Origin: Bilabrum cf. latius | Taxonomy: Eukaryota | Assembly: GCA_965178125.1 (NCBI GenBank) | Contig: OZ237741.1 | Coordinates: forward strand, 620,001 to 684,000 | Length of the DNA: 64,000 nucleotides | Direction: 5' to 3' | In this document: positions 24,201-36,041 of the stretch, piece by piece | Position numbering within the stretch: the first letter of the stretch is position 1 | Layout: each line of letters opens with the position of its first letter | Made by a program: the position numbers and the translations under genes | Notes under the pieces: generated by a model | Database searches by the model: none | What the model saw: only the letters and a program-made list of their open reading frames with translations | What the model was told of the DNA's origin: nothing

Positions 24201-27200
24201 CGTCTCGCCCCCAGCACCCCCGCTGCCCGTGCCCCCAGTGTGGGGACCGCCAGGGTTCGAGGTGACACCCCGCGACCCCGCACCCGCCCCGGCCCCGGCG
24301 TCGCTCGCCCCCGCCCGAGTGGAGGGGCTGGCCCCGAACAGGTCCTGCTCGCTGCGGCCGCGAGCTCTACGCGCGGGGGAGTTCTTGGCGGAACCCAGCT
24401 TCCAACTCGAGCCGCCAACCGGAGAGGACCCGGGTGCCTGCGGGGCCGTGGCCTGCCGCTTGGCAGCGACAGAGGACCCCGGGCCCCCGCCCTCGGTGTC
24501 GGCGCTGGCTGATGCTGTGCCAGACCTGGCAGAGCCGCTGCGAGGAGACCCCTGAGCGGTGCCTCCCCTGCTGCTGCCGGCCTGCAGACCACCAGACACC
24601 CCGCTGATGCCTCTGTCGTGCCCCCCTTTCGAGCCAGGCTTGGAAGCAGACGCACCGGTGTCCCCCTCCCCGTCACCTTCACCGTCACCAGGTGCGCCAG
24701 GCACCGAAAGGCTGCAGCTGCCCGTGGCACTCCCCGGCCCGGAGCTGCCTTGGCCTCTAGTCACGGACCCCGCCGGGGTGAGCAAAGCCTGTGGCAATCG
24801 GGGGGAGTGCCGGGTGCCTCCCTGCAGGCCCTTCAGCGAAGATAGAGGGCCCTTGCGAGCCCTGCCCTGCCGCCCCCCCATGCTCTGACTGCCCTCTTGG
24901 CCCCTGCCCGCAGCAGAGGCAGACCCACTCGCAGTCGACATGCGGTCCCCGTCCTCCCTCAAGCCAGGGCCGTGGCCGTTGGTGGAGGCGCTGTCCGGTG
25001 CGAGCAGCCCAGGGCTGGCACCGCCCGCGCCAGCCCTGCTGTTCAGTGTTCCCTGGGACTGCTCGGAGACCAGCCGCTGCCTGCCCCCCTGCGTGTGCTG
25101 CGAGTAGGACCGGTGCTGCCTCGGCCCAGAGTGCGCGGTCCCTGCCACCGACCCAGCCTCAAGCTTCCCCCCTATGCTGCTGCTGCCGTCCCCAGTACCC
25201 GCGCCCCCGCTGCCCTGCCTGCCCGCCTCGGGGCGCTTCCACTGGCGTCGCCTCTGCCGCAGCTCGGCGGGCGTGAGACGGGAACCGCTGCGGCGCCGCG
25301 TGTGCGCCCCCTATGTTCCGCTCGCGGCGCCGCGCCCCAGCGCCGAAGGTGCGTATAGCCGCCCCGGAGACCCGTCCCTAGATGCCGACCCGTCGCCGTC
25401 GTAGGAACGCAGCCTGCCCCCTGTTGCGTTGTAGCTCGTCACGCTGCCGGTGGCGTCATCTCTCCCACCGCTGCTGGGAGGACCGCCCATTCCGATTCCG
25501 ATTCCGTTGCTCCCCATATCCCCAAGCGCCGGGGATGAGACAGATCCGTGCATGGAGTCGTGTCCTGACCCGGGAGTAGAGGGGGAGCCACCCCCGCTGA
25601 GGGCCACTGGCCGCCCCCTTGCGGGAGATGCTACGTGCCCGTGAGCCGATGCGCGATGCACAGCAGCCTCAACGCCCGCATCACTGTTCCCTGCGCCCGA
25701 TAGCCTCTCCCGCAGAGCAGACCTCGGCGACTTGGACGCCGTGTGAGCAGAGGCCCCTCGAGACCTCCTCCGCCTCGAGCCAAGGCTAGACCGACGCCGG
25801 CCAGACGCCGCCCCTACCCCTTGTTCCCCATCTCCGGGCGCTGGGCCACCGCCCATGCCCAGCATCACGTCCATGGCCCGCATCGCGTCCTCCAGAGGGG
25901 CAGACAACTGCCTGTCCTCCTCGTCGTCCTCATCATCACCTGAGGACGAAGGGCCCGGCGAAGGGCTCGAAGCAGAGCCATCCATGTCGCTGCCAGTGCC
26001 CCCAGACTCGGCCTAATCGCGATGGGTGTCCTGCTTGGGACGAGCACGGTGGCCGGGGATGGCAACTCCAGCGGCTGCGGGCGGGTCCGCCCACTGCCTG
26101 ACGCCGTGCCCAGCCCCAGCCACGGCCCCTTCCGCCCCAGAGTCCTCCTCGTCGTCAGAGAAAAACATGGAGGAGCTCGCAGGCCGCAGCGGGGGGCGAC
26201 CGCCTGCAGGCACGTCTCCGTCGCCCCCAACCGGGGCCGTAACACCCCTGTGGCCAGGCAAGCTCGGTGGAGCCACCACACCGCCGCCACGCGCATTGCC
26301 ATGCGGTTGCAAGTCCCCAGGTACAGCTGCACGAACTCTAGATTCTGGCCCAGACATCCCCATCCCTGCTACCATTCCACGGACCATGCCATGGCCATCT
26401 ACAGGGCCAGTCCCCTGTCGCCCCCTTGCTGGCCAAGGCATGGGCCCTGCGAGCTGCGGCTGCGGCTGCTGCAGCTGCACCGGATGCACTCGAGGTGCGG
26501 ATCTGCGGCTGCCTACACCGGCGCCACGCCTAGACCCAACTGCGGAGCCCGCTCGATGCCTAGTGCCATGCAGAGCCGCCGGGACGTGAATGCCAGCGGG
26601 CTGCCTGGCGCTTGGTGCCCCTGACGACGCCAGAGCGGCAGGCCCAGGGGCAGTGGTGGGGCCCTGGAGGCGGCGCCTCGACTCACCTGGGAGAGATGCT
26701 CGGGACCCGCCCCTCGATCGCGCGGGCGGTGGGATGAAACCGGCGCTGCCCGCCAGGTCGCCGGTGGAGCCACTGTGTGGGAGTCCACGGCCTGTATGTG
26801 TTCCGCCTGCCGCACCCGGAAGCGCCAAAGAAGGCATGCCGCCAGCACCTAAAGACTATCCAGCTTTTGATGATGCACCTCCACTACTTTGAGAGTTGAC
26901 GTCCCCGTAAGGTTTCCTGAAATCGGTCTTCATTCTCATCCCAGACGACCGCGACAGGGGCGGCTGTCCAGCCGCATAGATGTGGGGAGACTGGTGCACA
27001 GGAAGCTACCCAGCTATAATATCGCTATCATCACAACCAGCTTCTGCGGATTTTCGCGCGGCATCGGGCCGGGGCTGCTGCAAAGGGTCGTTCGTGGCCA
27101 GTCGTCGGGGCAAGGAGGACTGCGACACAGTCGAATCTACCGAAGAAGCCCGGCTTCTCAGACCATTACTAGCAGTTGACTGTGCTTGCGCAATTCGAAT

Positions 27201-27218
27201 TCCAACCGCACCCTCCAT
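21294..27218 (-). CDS. VPS9-domain protein (Rab5-family GEF) with very long low-complexity N-terminus, about 1974 aa
   Basis: One frame with nine TAGs (27006, 26856, 26013, 25311, 23745, 23247, 23121, 21549, 21528). VPS9 motifs AAGELRGV...SKIARAESACMAI, GADADAFLPCLIYLV, QGYALGQLANALHFV. Ends TGA. Confidence 0.75.
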
Positions 27219-27743
27219 AGGTTATGCAAGCAAACCGTGTGAAGCAGCCAGATGGTCTGCCGTGAAGTCCAGTACGCTTCAATTAAGATACCAAGCGCGA
27301 TGCATGCCACTCGAGCCAATCTAACTAGCTCAGTTTATGGCACTCTTTGGGTTCGTCTTATGCCAGCTGGGTTTTGTTTGGACATGCGCGACGGTCCAAA
27401 GGGTCGTTGTGACGATTGCAGCCGGTGCCAGTGGAAGTGCCACAGTGTGGTGTGGTGGTCGCCAGCCAAGCTGACGGATTCTCTCATGGAAGTTGGAGTG
27501 AATTTGTGTAATCTTACCGTTAAATTCAAAGCAACGACAAGCACACTTCAACTGGCCAAAAGGACTTGCTCCCCCCACAGGACTGCGCTAGGCCAGGGGC
27601 CTGCACAGCTGCGAACCACGCCTCTCCCAGGAGGGCCGCCGCAAAGCAGCGAACGGCCGCTCCTGTACGCACGCGGCCTCCTCTGAGCACCACCCATGGC
27701 CAGATCAAGTGACCAGCCGACTCGCGCCCGTATCCCGCGCCGC

Positions 27744-28932
27744 TTAGTGCTTCTTGTTCTTGGTCTTGTTGAGGAGGCTCTTGTGGATGAAGGGGATCAC
27801 ACCACCGCCGGCGATGGCTGCGAGGGAGAGGGAGAAGAGAGGAGAGGGGGCGAGGCAAGGGCGCGGTGGAACTGAACAAAGACATCATAGCATAGTATGG
27901 TACAACAAATAAGTGGGCCGGAGGGATCAGGCGCTCCCTTGTGTTCTCTCTGTCTCTCACTGGCCTTGACGAAGGTGTCGAGCTCGTCGTCACCGCGGAC
28001 GGCCAGCTGGATGTGCCTGGGAGTGATACGCTTCACCTTGAGGTCCTTGGAGGCGCCACCGGCCAACTCGAGCACCTGTGCAGGGAAATATGAGAGCACG
28101 GAAGAGGAGAGGGGCGTGCTGGTGGCACGTGGTCGGTTGGACTCGGGGCAGCGTTTGCAGGGATGTGAACCGGGGCGATTCCTTTCCAGCTCGATTTTGG
28201 CAAGCCACTCACCTCAGCGGTCAAGTATTCCAGGATAGCTGCTGTGTACACGGCAGCCGTGGCACCAACTCGCTGCTGGTTGGCAACCAGAGTCTTGAGG
28301 AAACGGTGGATACGTCCGACCGGGAACGTCAATCCAGCCCTCTGCGACCTGGACGTCGGTGTCTTCTTCGAGGAAGGCCCCTTGCCACCCTTTCCGCCCT
28401 TGCCACCCTTTCCGCCGACTGCAGTGATTGTGGCGGGGCGCAAGGCAATGACGGTACTTTTTGTAGAGAGCGTAGTCGATTCAAGTTCAAAACGGCGGTG
28501 TGCCAGCTAAATCGCCCGTCTCTGGCCAAATTGAGCATAGAACAAATCGTACATCGCCAAACAAGTAAATAAGCTCACTCTTGCCACCTTTGCCGCTCTG
28601 CGAGGTGGGTGGAGACGCTCTGGAAGGGGAATCGACGTGCACATGTTCGAAGTTCGAACTGCAATCGCTGCTACGGCGCAACTTTGTACCCAGCGCAAGC
28701 AGGGATCAAAAAGCGGCACGTAGTATATGATAGGCTGCACTTTATCAGCTGGTCCAATAGAACTGGAGGCTGCCCTACTACAAGTGGCACTCGTGCCGTC
28801 TGGTCACCTCTGCAAGCTATCCTCTCAGGTTCGAAAACCTTTTCGGCGATTGAAGTGCTTCTGTATGCTCCCAAAACGCGCAAGGGAGATTATATGCATA
28901 TGTTGATATTGGCTCGAATGCTACCTCACCAT
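27744..28932 (-). CDS. H2A.Z: Histone variant H2A.Z, about 138 aa, exons 28932-28930, 28597-28579, 28418-28213, 28075-27961, 27817-27744
   Basis: [73 protein letters not shown]. Ends TAA. The first exon (ATG only) is inferred. Confidence 0.95.
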
Positions 28933-29090
28933 ATTGCTTCTGTGTCTGTTGACTTGGATATGCTTCGATTAACCGAAGCCGTTTGGGATTCTGATTTAAT
29001 AAAAGGGTACGCAACATTAAAGTACTGTTTATTTTTCTGTTGCGAACACTTTGAAGACGATGCAAAAATCGGGGCCCACTTTCTGATAGA

Positions 29091-30056
29091 ATGGCAGATG
29101 CTGGCAGGGGTACGTATCGAAGCAGTGCTAGTGTGGCTTCTGGGGCCAGCAGTGCCGGGAATAGTGCCACGATCAGGGATGAAGCGTAGAATACCGCACA
29201 GGTGACAATGCGCGCAGTCCATGCTGTGCGAGACTCTTTGGATGATGTTCGAAGGGCCGAGGATGAGGTTGGCGGCAAAGCAATGCACTGTCCAATCGTG
29301 TATGGGAGCATCAGCTTTTGGCTTGGCAACACAAAGGCGGGTTCGGCCTCGGAGCATACTCACCGATGGTCCCTGTACGTTCGTGGGGCGGATGGACGGG
29401 ACATCAGCTACTGCATAGAGAAAGTTGTGTTTACATTGCATCCCACGATTCCTAACAATGTCCGGGAAGTTACATGCCACCCTTTCGAGGTCACAGAAAC
29501 GGGGTGGGGAGAGTTCGAGGCTATGATATCGGTGCACTTCAAGGATTTCACGCCAGAGGCCATGGTTGGCAAGAAAGAATTCCGGCCCCCACCGATCCAT
29601 TTCGCCCATACTCTTAAGTTGTACTAGGGAAGCCAGACCCCAACCTCAAGCACGGTTGGAAAGCCCGTCGTATCGGAGTTCTACGATGAGCTAGTGTTCA
29701 ACCAGACGAGCGACTGGGCTGGTGTGCAGGCCAAGGCCTCCGGAGAGGGCACGTCGGCGAGTAGCGAGAAGGACAAGAAAGATGACAGCGATGGTACCGA
29801 AGTAAAGATCCCGGAAGGCGCGTCGGTGGGCCTCAAGTCCCTGCTCGGCGGCCCGACCGCCTTCCCTGGGCACCCGCACATGCACCACATGCGGGAGTGG
29901 AGTGCCGCGGGAGATCTGGCCACGCTTGGGATGGCGCATGCGTTCGTGGAGGGCGAGATCGCTAGGCTGCACGAGCGCCTGTCGAGGGCCGACGCAGAGC
30001 TGTCCCAGCTGGGGGAGGACCTCGAGGTGCTGGGCTGGCCCACAGGGAGCGTGTGA
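29091..30056 (+). CDS. YEATS4: YEATS-domain protein (YEATS4/GAS41/Yaf9-like), about 321 aa
   Basis: PIVYGS, HTHRWSLYVRG, IEKVVFTLHPT, PFEVTETGWGEFE, HTLKLY[TAG], VVSEFYDELVF and a C-terminal coiled coil. TAG at 29187 and 29625. Ends TGA. Confidence 0.85.
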
Positions 30057-30194
30057 TGAAGAGCTGTCCCAGCTGGGGGAGGACCTCGAGGTGCTGGGCT
30101 GGCCTACAGGGAGCGTGTGATGAAGAGCTGTCCCAGCTGGGGGAGGACCTCGAGGTGCTGGGCTGGCCTACAGGGAGCGTGTGATGAAGAGCTG
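29997..30194. repeat. Tandem triplication of a 64-bp unit spanning the YEATS stop codon
   Basis: Units begin at 29997, 30061 and 30125 (GAGCTGTCCCAGCTGGGGGAGGACCTC...GTGTGATGAA) and differ at one C/T position. Confidence 0.95.
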
Positions 30195-30769
30195 CTTCCA
30201 TACTTTGCCCGCTCTCGGTGCATGGCACGCTGCCTTGGCGAGAGGGAATGGCACTTTGCGATTTGGCATTGCAAGGTGCAGCACTTCGTACTTGAGGCAT
30301 CTGCGTTGCTGGCAGCCCGGTGTCCAACCTGCGAGCCAGTCAGGAAAGAAGAAAGCTTGCGGGATTGCTGAGCATGTGACCCACTCCGAGGATGCACCGT
30401 GACTTGTAGCTCCGGCGACTCCCCTGGTGCATTTGGGATGGCAAGACCTCCCCAGTGGTCGGCGGAGGGGGCCGGCGGTTTGGTCCAGACGCTGGCAGCA
30501 CGCATGGCCAATAATCGTACATTGGCCATGCTTGGTATGCTTACGGCATGTATGCAGGGGTGGTGCGATGAAGGTATAGGCTCTGTTCTTGTGCGAGCCG
30601 CAAGCTGCAGCATGCTGCATGCATGCCAACCGGCAACATGCAACCCGGAGTCCCAGCCCCAACGACCGTTGCTGGTCGTCTCACCGTGTTTGAGATGGGC
30701 CGAGCAGCTTCTAGACCGCGAGGTCGATCTCAGGAACAAAATATACAGGCGGGTGATGTAGCTAGTAGC

Positions 30770-32716
30770 ATGGAGAAGTAGCCTACGAGCTCCAGACCCA
30801 ATAATGTGCTCATTGTGTTCGTGTTACTGTACGCCTCCTATACTGCTTTCTACATTGGCAAGCGAAACTATTCCAGCCTGAAGAGCGTGCTCGAAAATCA
30901 ATGCATTGGTCATAGTACTGCTGACAATTCCACAACGGCGTCTTTGTTTGGTATGACACCTGGCTAGTCTGGGCTGCTGCAGTCTGGATTTGAGCTCTCA
31001 AACGCAGCTGTCAAGCTTGTGTCTGGGCCATATATAGACCAAGCTGATCCAGCTCCACTCCTTGCTATATCTACTGGCCTTATTGGTGCCGTGAACGGGT
31101 TATTGGCGGTGGGAGGTGTAGGTGCCGTTGCCATGTTTGCTGGCAGCTCGCCAGCCTTGGTCAGCGTTGCCCTGACAGCCATATGGTCGATCAACGGGGG
31201 TCTATAGGCCCTGGGGTGGCCTGCAGTATCTCGATTGCTCACAGAAACCGTCCCGAAGGAGGAAAGGGGGCTGCTATATGCGATCATGAGCACGTCCCAG
31301 AACGTAGGTGGAGCTCTGGGGCCGTGGATTGTTGGGGCGGGGAGACAGGCTGCGAGTGCCATAGGACTTGTGGGTGCAGCGAGTGCCAACGGTGGCAGGC
31401 TGGAGTTTTGCGATGTGGGATACGGCTGGGTTGGTCCTTTGCTGCTGCCCGCCATCGGCCTGCCATTTCTCGGTGTCCTGCTGTGGATGTACCTGCCCCG
31501 CACCCAGAGCACGGCAGGCGAGCAGTCGGGCAACTTGGAGGAGCAGTCCATCGCCAAGCAGGCCGCGCCTTCCATGCTGGACGCGGTTTCAGACGTGGCC
31601 TCTGACTGGCGCCAGTGGGTGGTGGCAATCGCGTACCTGCTGCTGTCCATACCTCGCTCCGTGCTGGCCGACTCAGGACTCAGCGCCATGCTCAACGTCA
31701 GCCCGGGGGCGACAGACGTGTCTGCGGGGATGGCAGTGTCCGCCCTGGAGATCGGCGGGTTCGCGGGTGGTATCGGTGCTGGCTTGCTCAGCGACAGGCT
31801 GTTCCGAGGGAACAGGTCGATGGCAATCGCAGTGATGCTCGCTGCTAGCGCTGCTGCTCTCCCCACCGTTTTCGCGGCGTCGCACAGCGATGCGGCTGGC
31901 ATACCCACGCTGTTCCGCCTGCTGGGCCTGGGCGCATCTTGGCGCTCTACCCTGTGGTGGGCACTCACAGGGGCTGCAACCTGCGGGCCACACGTCCTGC
32001 TGGGACTGCTCGCTCGTGAGCTGGCTCCACGTGCACAGTCCACTGCAGGCGGGCTGGCCAAGGCTGCTTCGCTGGTTGGGGCGTCTATTGCAGGCGCACC
32101 CGTGGGGGCATTCCTGACGCAGCTCAAGGCCAGCGGGATGGCGCTGGACGGTCTCGGCGAGAATGAGGCCCTGAGCGAGGCGTGGGGGGCGGTGGCTTTC
32201 ATCTGTGCGGGGTGCTGTGCCCTGGCTGCGGCGATGGTGGCATACCTCAGTGCCTTTGAGCATGATAATGGTGCCGAGGAGGGGTCGAGTTCGGGCGCTC
32301 GGCCTGCAGGAGTGGCAGATGGCTCCCAACAACGAAGTCATAACGAGACAGCAGTGAATACAGCAGGGAACGAAACAGGACGCGGAGGCGAAAGTGTGGC
32401 CGACTCAGGTGAGTCAACAGGAGCCAAGTCCAATGGGAGCAACAGTTCAGAGGGCTAGGACCAGGCAGACAGCCAGCAGAAGCAGCCAGCAGCAGGCAGC
32501 CCAGGGGCCGAGACGGGCGGCGACAGGGACATGCCCAGAGAACAGGCATCACAGCAGTCCACCAAGCGCCGCCCACGCTCTGCCAGACACGGAGCAGCTG
32601 CCTCATCGAAGACTCCCCGGGCCTCCTCCCGCAAGTCTCCCGCCGCTCGAGGGGCAACCAGGAGCACGAGCAGGCGGGCCGCTTCTAGGCCGAGGGGCAA
32701 GAGGAAGCAGCAGTGA
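30770..32716 (+). CDS. MFS organophosphate:phosphate antiporter family transporter (SLC37A4/G6PT, UhpC/GlpT-like), about 648 aa
   Basis: YTAFYIGKRNYS, WSINGGL[TAG]ALGWP, ERGLLYAIMSTSQNVGGALGP, LEIGGFAGGIGAGLLSDRLF, GPHVLLGLLARELAP. TAG at 30779, 30965, 31205, 32456. Ends TGA. Confidence 0.85.
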
Positions 32717-32880
32717 GAGGGGTTGTGCGGCACCAAGGGGTGCGCTCCGGTCCTGGGGAAACGTAAGTGGGTGTGTGTTACGAAATGAGTTGAGCTGTTG
32801 TGTCAGACACTGCACGCAAGCAAAACCCCGAGCCCAGCCCATGCTTTTCACGGATCCGATCCGATCCGATCCCGTGCTCT

Positions 32881-35835
32881 TCAGACCACCTTGAACCATT
32901 TCTTGAGCTTGACGAGCATCCTGACCATGTCCTTCGTCACCTCATCCCTGTAGTGCTCCTTGAGTGCCTCGATGCTCTCCCGGGAGATGTGGCTCACCAG
33001 CGGGTCCTCGTGCGTGAAGTGCTTCCCGGCCTCGAGGGAGGGGTTGCCGTACCTATCCGTTGCCGTGATCTGCACGGCGGCTGCCTCACCCGCCTTGATC
33101 TTGGGCTTGTCGATGTCATCCTGCTTCATGCTCGTCACCACACCCACCCGCATGATCTTGTCTCCCTTGAGCACAGCCAGGGGAGTGCCCACACGCAGCT
33201 CGCCGCTCTCCACGTCTACGCCCAGCAGCATGGGATTCCTCCTCTTGAAGATGCCATCCTTGCGAACCGTGACCACCGCGGGGAACACCGCCTTGTTGCC
33301 CGACTCGGTCCGCTTGCTCATGCGCCTCTCCTCGGTGTACTTCTCGAATGCATCCGTGAGGTGGTAGATGATGTCCGCCGTGAAAATCCGCAGGCCGCAG
33401 GCAGTCGCCTCGTCGTGGGCCGCCGGAGTGATGTCCACGTCGAAGCAAAGCATCACTGCGTGATCGGGAGACCTGTCAAGCATCACCGACGCCTTCTTCA
33501 CGTCGTGCGCGTGCACCGTGCCGATGGACACACCGGAAACGGGAACAGGCGGCTCGTGTGTCCTGAGGTACTCTAGGAGCGCCTCGAGGGAGCCGATGGT
33601 GGACGCCTGCACCCACACCCCGATGGGCTTCATGTCGAACGACTTCATCACCGAGTCGTAGTCCCGCTGCACCTCGTGCTTGAGGTCCTCCACATCGTCT
33701 TCAGCGTGCTTGATGAGCATCTGGGTCCCGGCCAGTGCCTTCTCCAGTCCGTGAGCGCAGATCTTCACGCCCATGGCACCCTTCATCTCCTTGTGGTGCA
33801 CGTAGGCACCCTTGACACGGCTTTCCTTGGCTGGCTCCGGGGTCAGCACGCTCCTCACGGTGGTGACCAAGGGCCCTTCCATGGTGCACACAGCCACCTC
33901 GTCGCCCTCGCGGATGCGACCGCCCACCAAGCACACGTCGATCGTGGTGCCCAGCCCGGAGATCTCCTTGACCTCCATTACCGTGGCCTGCGGGAAGTCC
34001 ACGAAGGCGATCCTGTCCTTGAGCTGCTTCTGTGAGTACTGGATGAGCAGCATGAGCAGGTCAGGGATGCCCTCTCCCGTCATGGCAGACGTGGGCACCA
34101 TGGGGATGTCGCCCTCGCTCAGCTTGAAGGTCTTGTCGAAGTACAGCCGGGCGTTGAGACCCTGCGTCTAAAAGGCCGCCACGGTCCTGCGGACCCTGTC
34201 GTCGAAGTCGGAGATGGTGATCTCTGACTGCTCCTTGAGGCTGTCCCGGATGGGGTTGAACCGCTTGGACTTCCACTCGTGCACACGGTCGCACTTATTG
34301 AGCGCCACCACGAATGGGGTCCCCCTTCGCCTCAGCATGTCGAGGGACTCGAGCGTCTGCCGCTCCAGCCCGCCCTCCTTCTTCATGATGTCCACCACGA
34401 GGACCGCAATGTCGCACAGGTTCTACCCCCTGCTCCTCAAGTTATGGAAACTCTCGTGGCCGGGGGTGTCCACGACCAGGATGCCAGGCACCTTATACTT
34501 GAAAACCTTCTCGCGGTTGATCTTCTCCGTCTGCTCGCGCAAGCGGTCGATCGGGAAGAAAGTGGCTCCGATCTGCTGGGTGATCCCGCCCGCCTCGTGA
34601 CCCTGCACGTTCGTCTCTCGGATCTTGTCGAGCAAACTGGTCTTTCCAGTGTCTACGTGTCCCATGACGACCACCACGGGCGACCTCAGGTCCTTCTTGT
34701 CCTTGCTGGCCACGGCCTCCTCGAACCTGATTTCCCTGCGCAACCGACTCACTATCATACGGCGGCGGCGCGACACGGCAGCCGTCTGCTCCTCGGTCAA
34801 ACTAGTCATGCCAGCCCTGGTCAGGACGGCATCCACGCCTGTCGCGTCGGGGGACGCGGCGCCCCCTGCGGCTGCGCCCCCGGCTCGCTTCCCACCCCTC
34901 GAAGATCTGCCCGCGCCCGCCCCGCCCGTGGCAGCCCCGATGTCCCTGCCAGTGGCGGCAGCCATGCGCGCCTCCACCTCCCTGAGGACGTCCTCTAGCT
35001 CGTCCGTGAGGATACCGTCCACCTTTTTCTAGAATGCCACCTCCGCCTCGCTTGCCTGCACCTTCTTCTCCTCCTCGCTCACAGCGGCCGCGGCTGCCTT
35101 GCGGGCGGCCTCGTCCTCCGCCAGCAGAGCCTCCTCGTCATCTTCGTCCCACTCGCTGAAACCTGCGTCTCCCCCAGCGGCACCAGTCCCGTCCCCTTCC
35201 TCCTCATCTGCGAAGTCGTCGTCGTCCGCAAACTCCTCGTCCTCGCCTAGCTCCTCGTCGCCGCTCTCCCACGCCTCATCAACCTCATCCCCCGCCTCGT
35301 CCTCCTTGGCATCAGCAGCCGGGTCGGCAGCTGAAGACTCAGATGGACCCGGTCTGCTGTCACCGGCGCCAGAAGATGGCCCGTCTGCCAGGGCCGATGG
35401 GAGGCGATCCTCTTCCGCGAGCTTCTGCTTCATCTGAGCAGCGCGGGCCTGGCCTTCGCGCAGCTGTCTTGCTTTCTGAGCTTCGCGCTTGGCTGCTCTC
35501 TTTCGCTTCAATTCTTCATCCTGCTCCTTTGCTCGCTCCTTCTCGGCTTCCTCTTCGGCCAGCCGCCTTCGAACCGCCTTGAGCTGAGACTCCCGGTCGC
35601 GCTGCTTCCTCTTCTCCGCCTCCTCAGCGGCCTTCTTTGCTCGTTCCTCTGCAGCGCGTGCTGCTTTTGCGGCTCGCTCCTCCGCAGTCGGCTTCTTGCC
35701 CTTCTTCTTCTTCTTGGAACCGGCACCGGCGGCTTTGCTGTCGTCAAGCATTGCTAGCTGAGCAGCAAGCTGAGCTGCTGCATCATCTCCCGATGCCCCT
35801 GCGGCTGCGCCACTTCCAGATGATTTCTTTGGCAT
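32881..35835 (-). CDS. EIF5B: Eukaryotic translation initiation factor 5B, about 984 aa, intronless
   Basis: [72 protein letters not shown]. Four same-frame ORFs are joined across TAG at 35029, 34423 and 34168. Ends TGA. Confidence 0.95.
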
Positions 35836-36041
35836 TGATAAACGTCGCTCTTGTACTTGATGTGACCTGTATTCCACGCACTGCGGACTCACCGTTCTCC
35901 GGAATCTAAATACACGCAACTCCGATCTGTATTTATGGTCGAATCTGCAACTGCGAGAATTACACGGTATTGAGGCAATAAGTTTGCCTCGGTTCAACTA
36001 GATTCTTTTCAGCTCACATATTGCTGGTTTACCCGCGAAGC

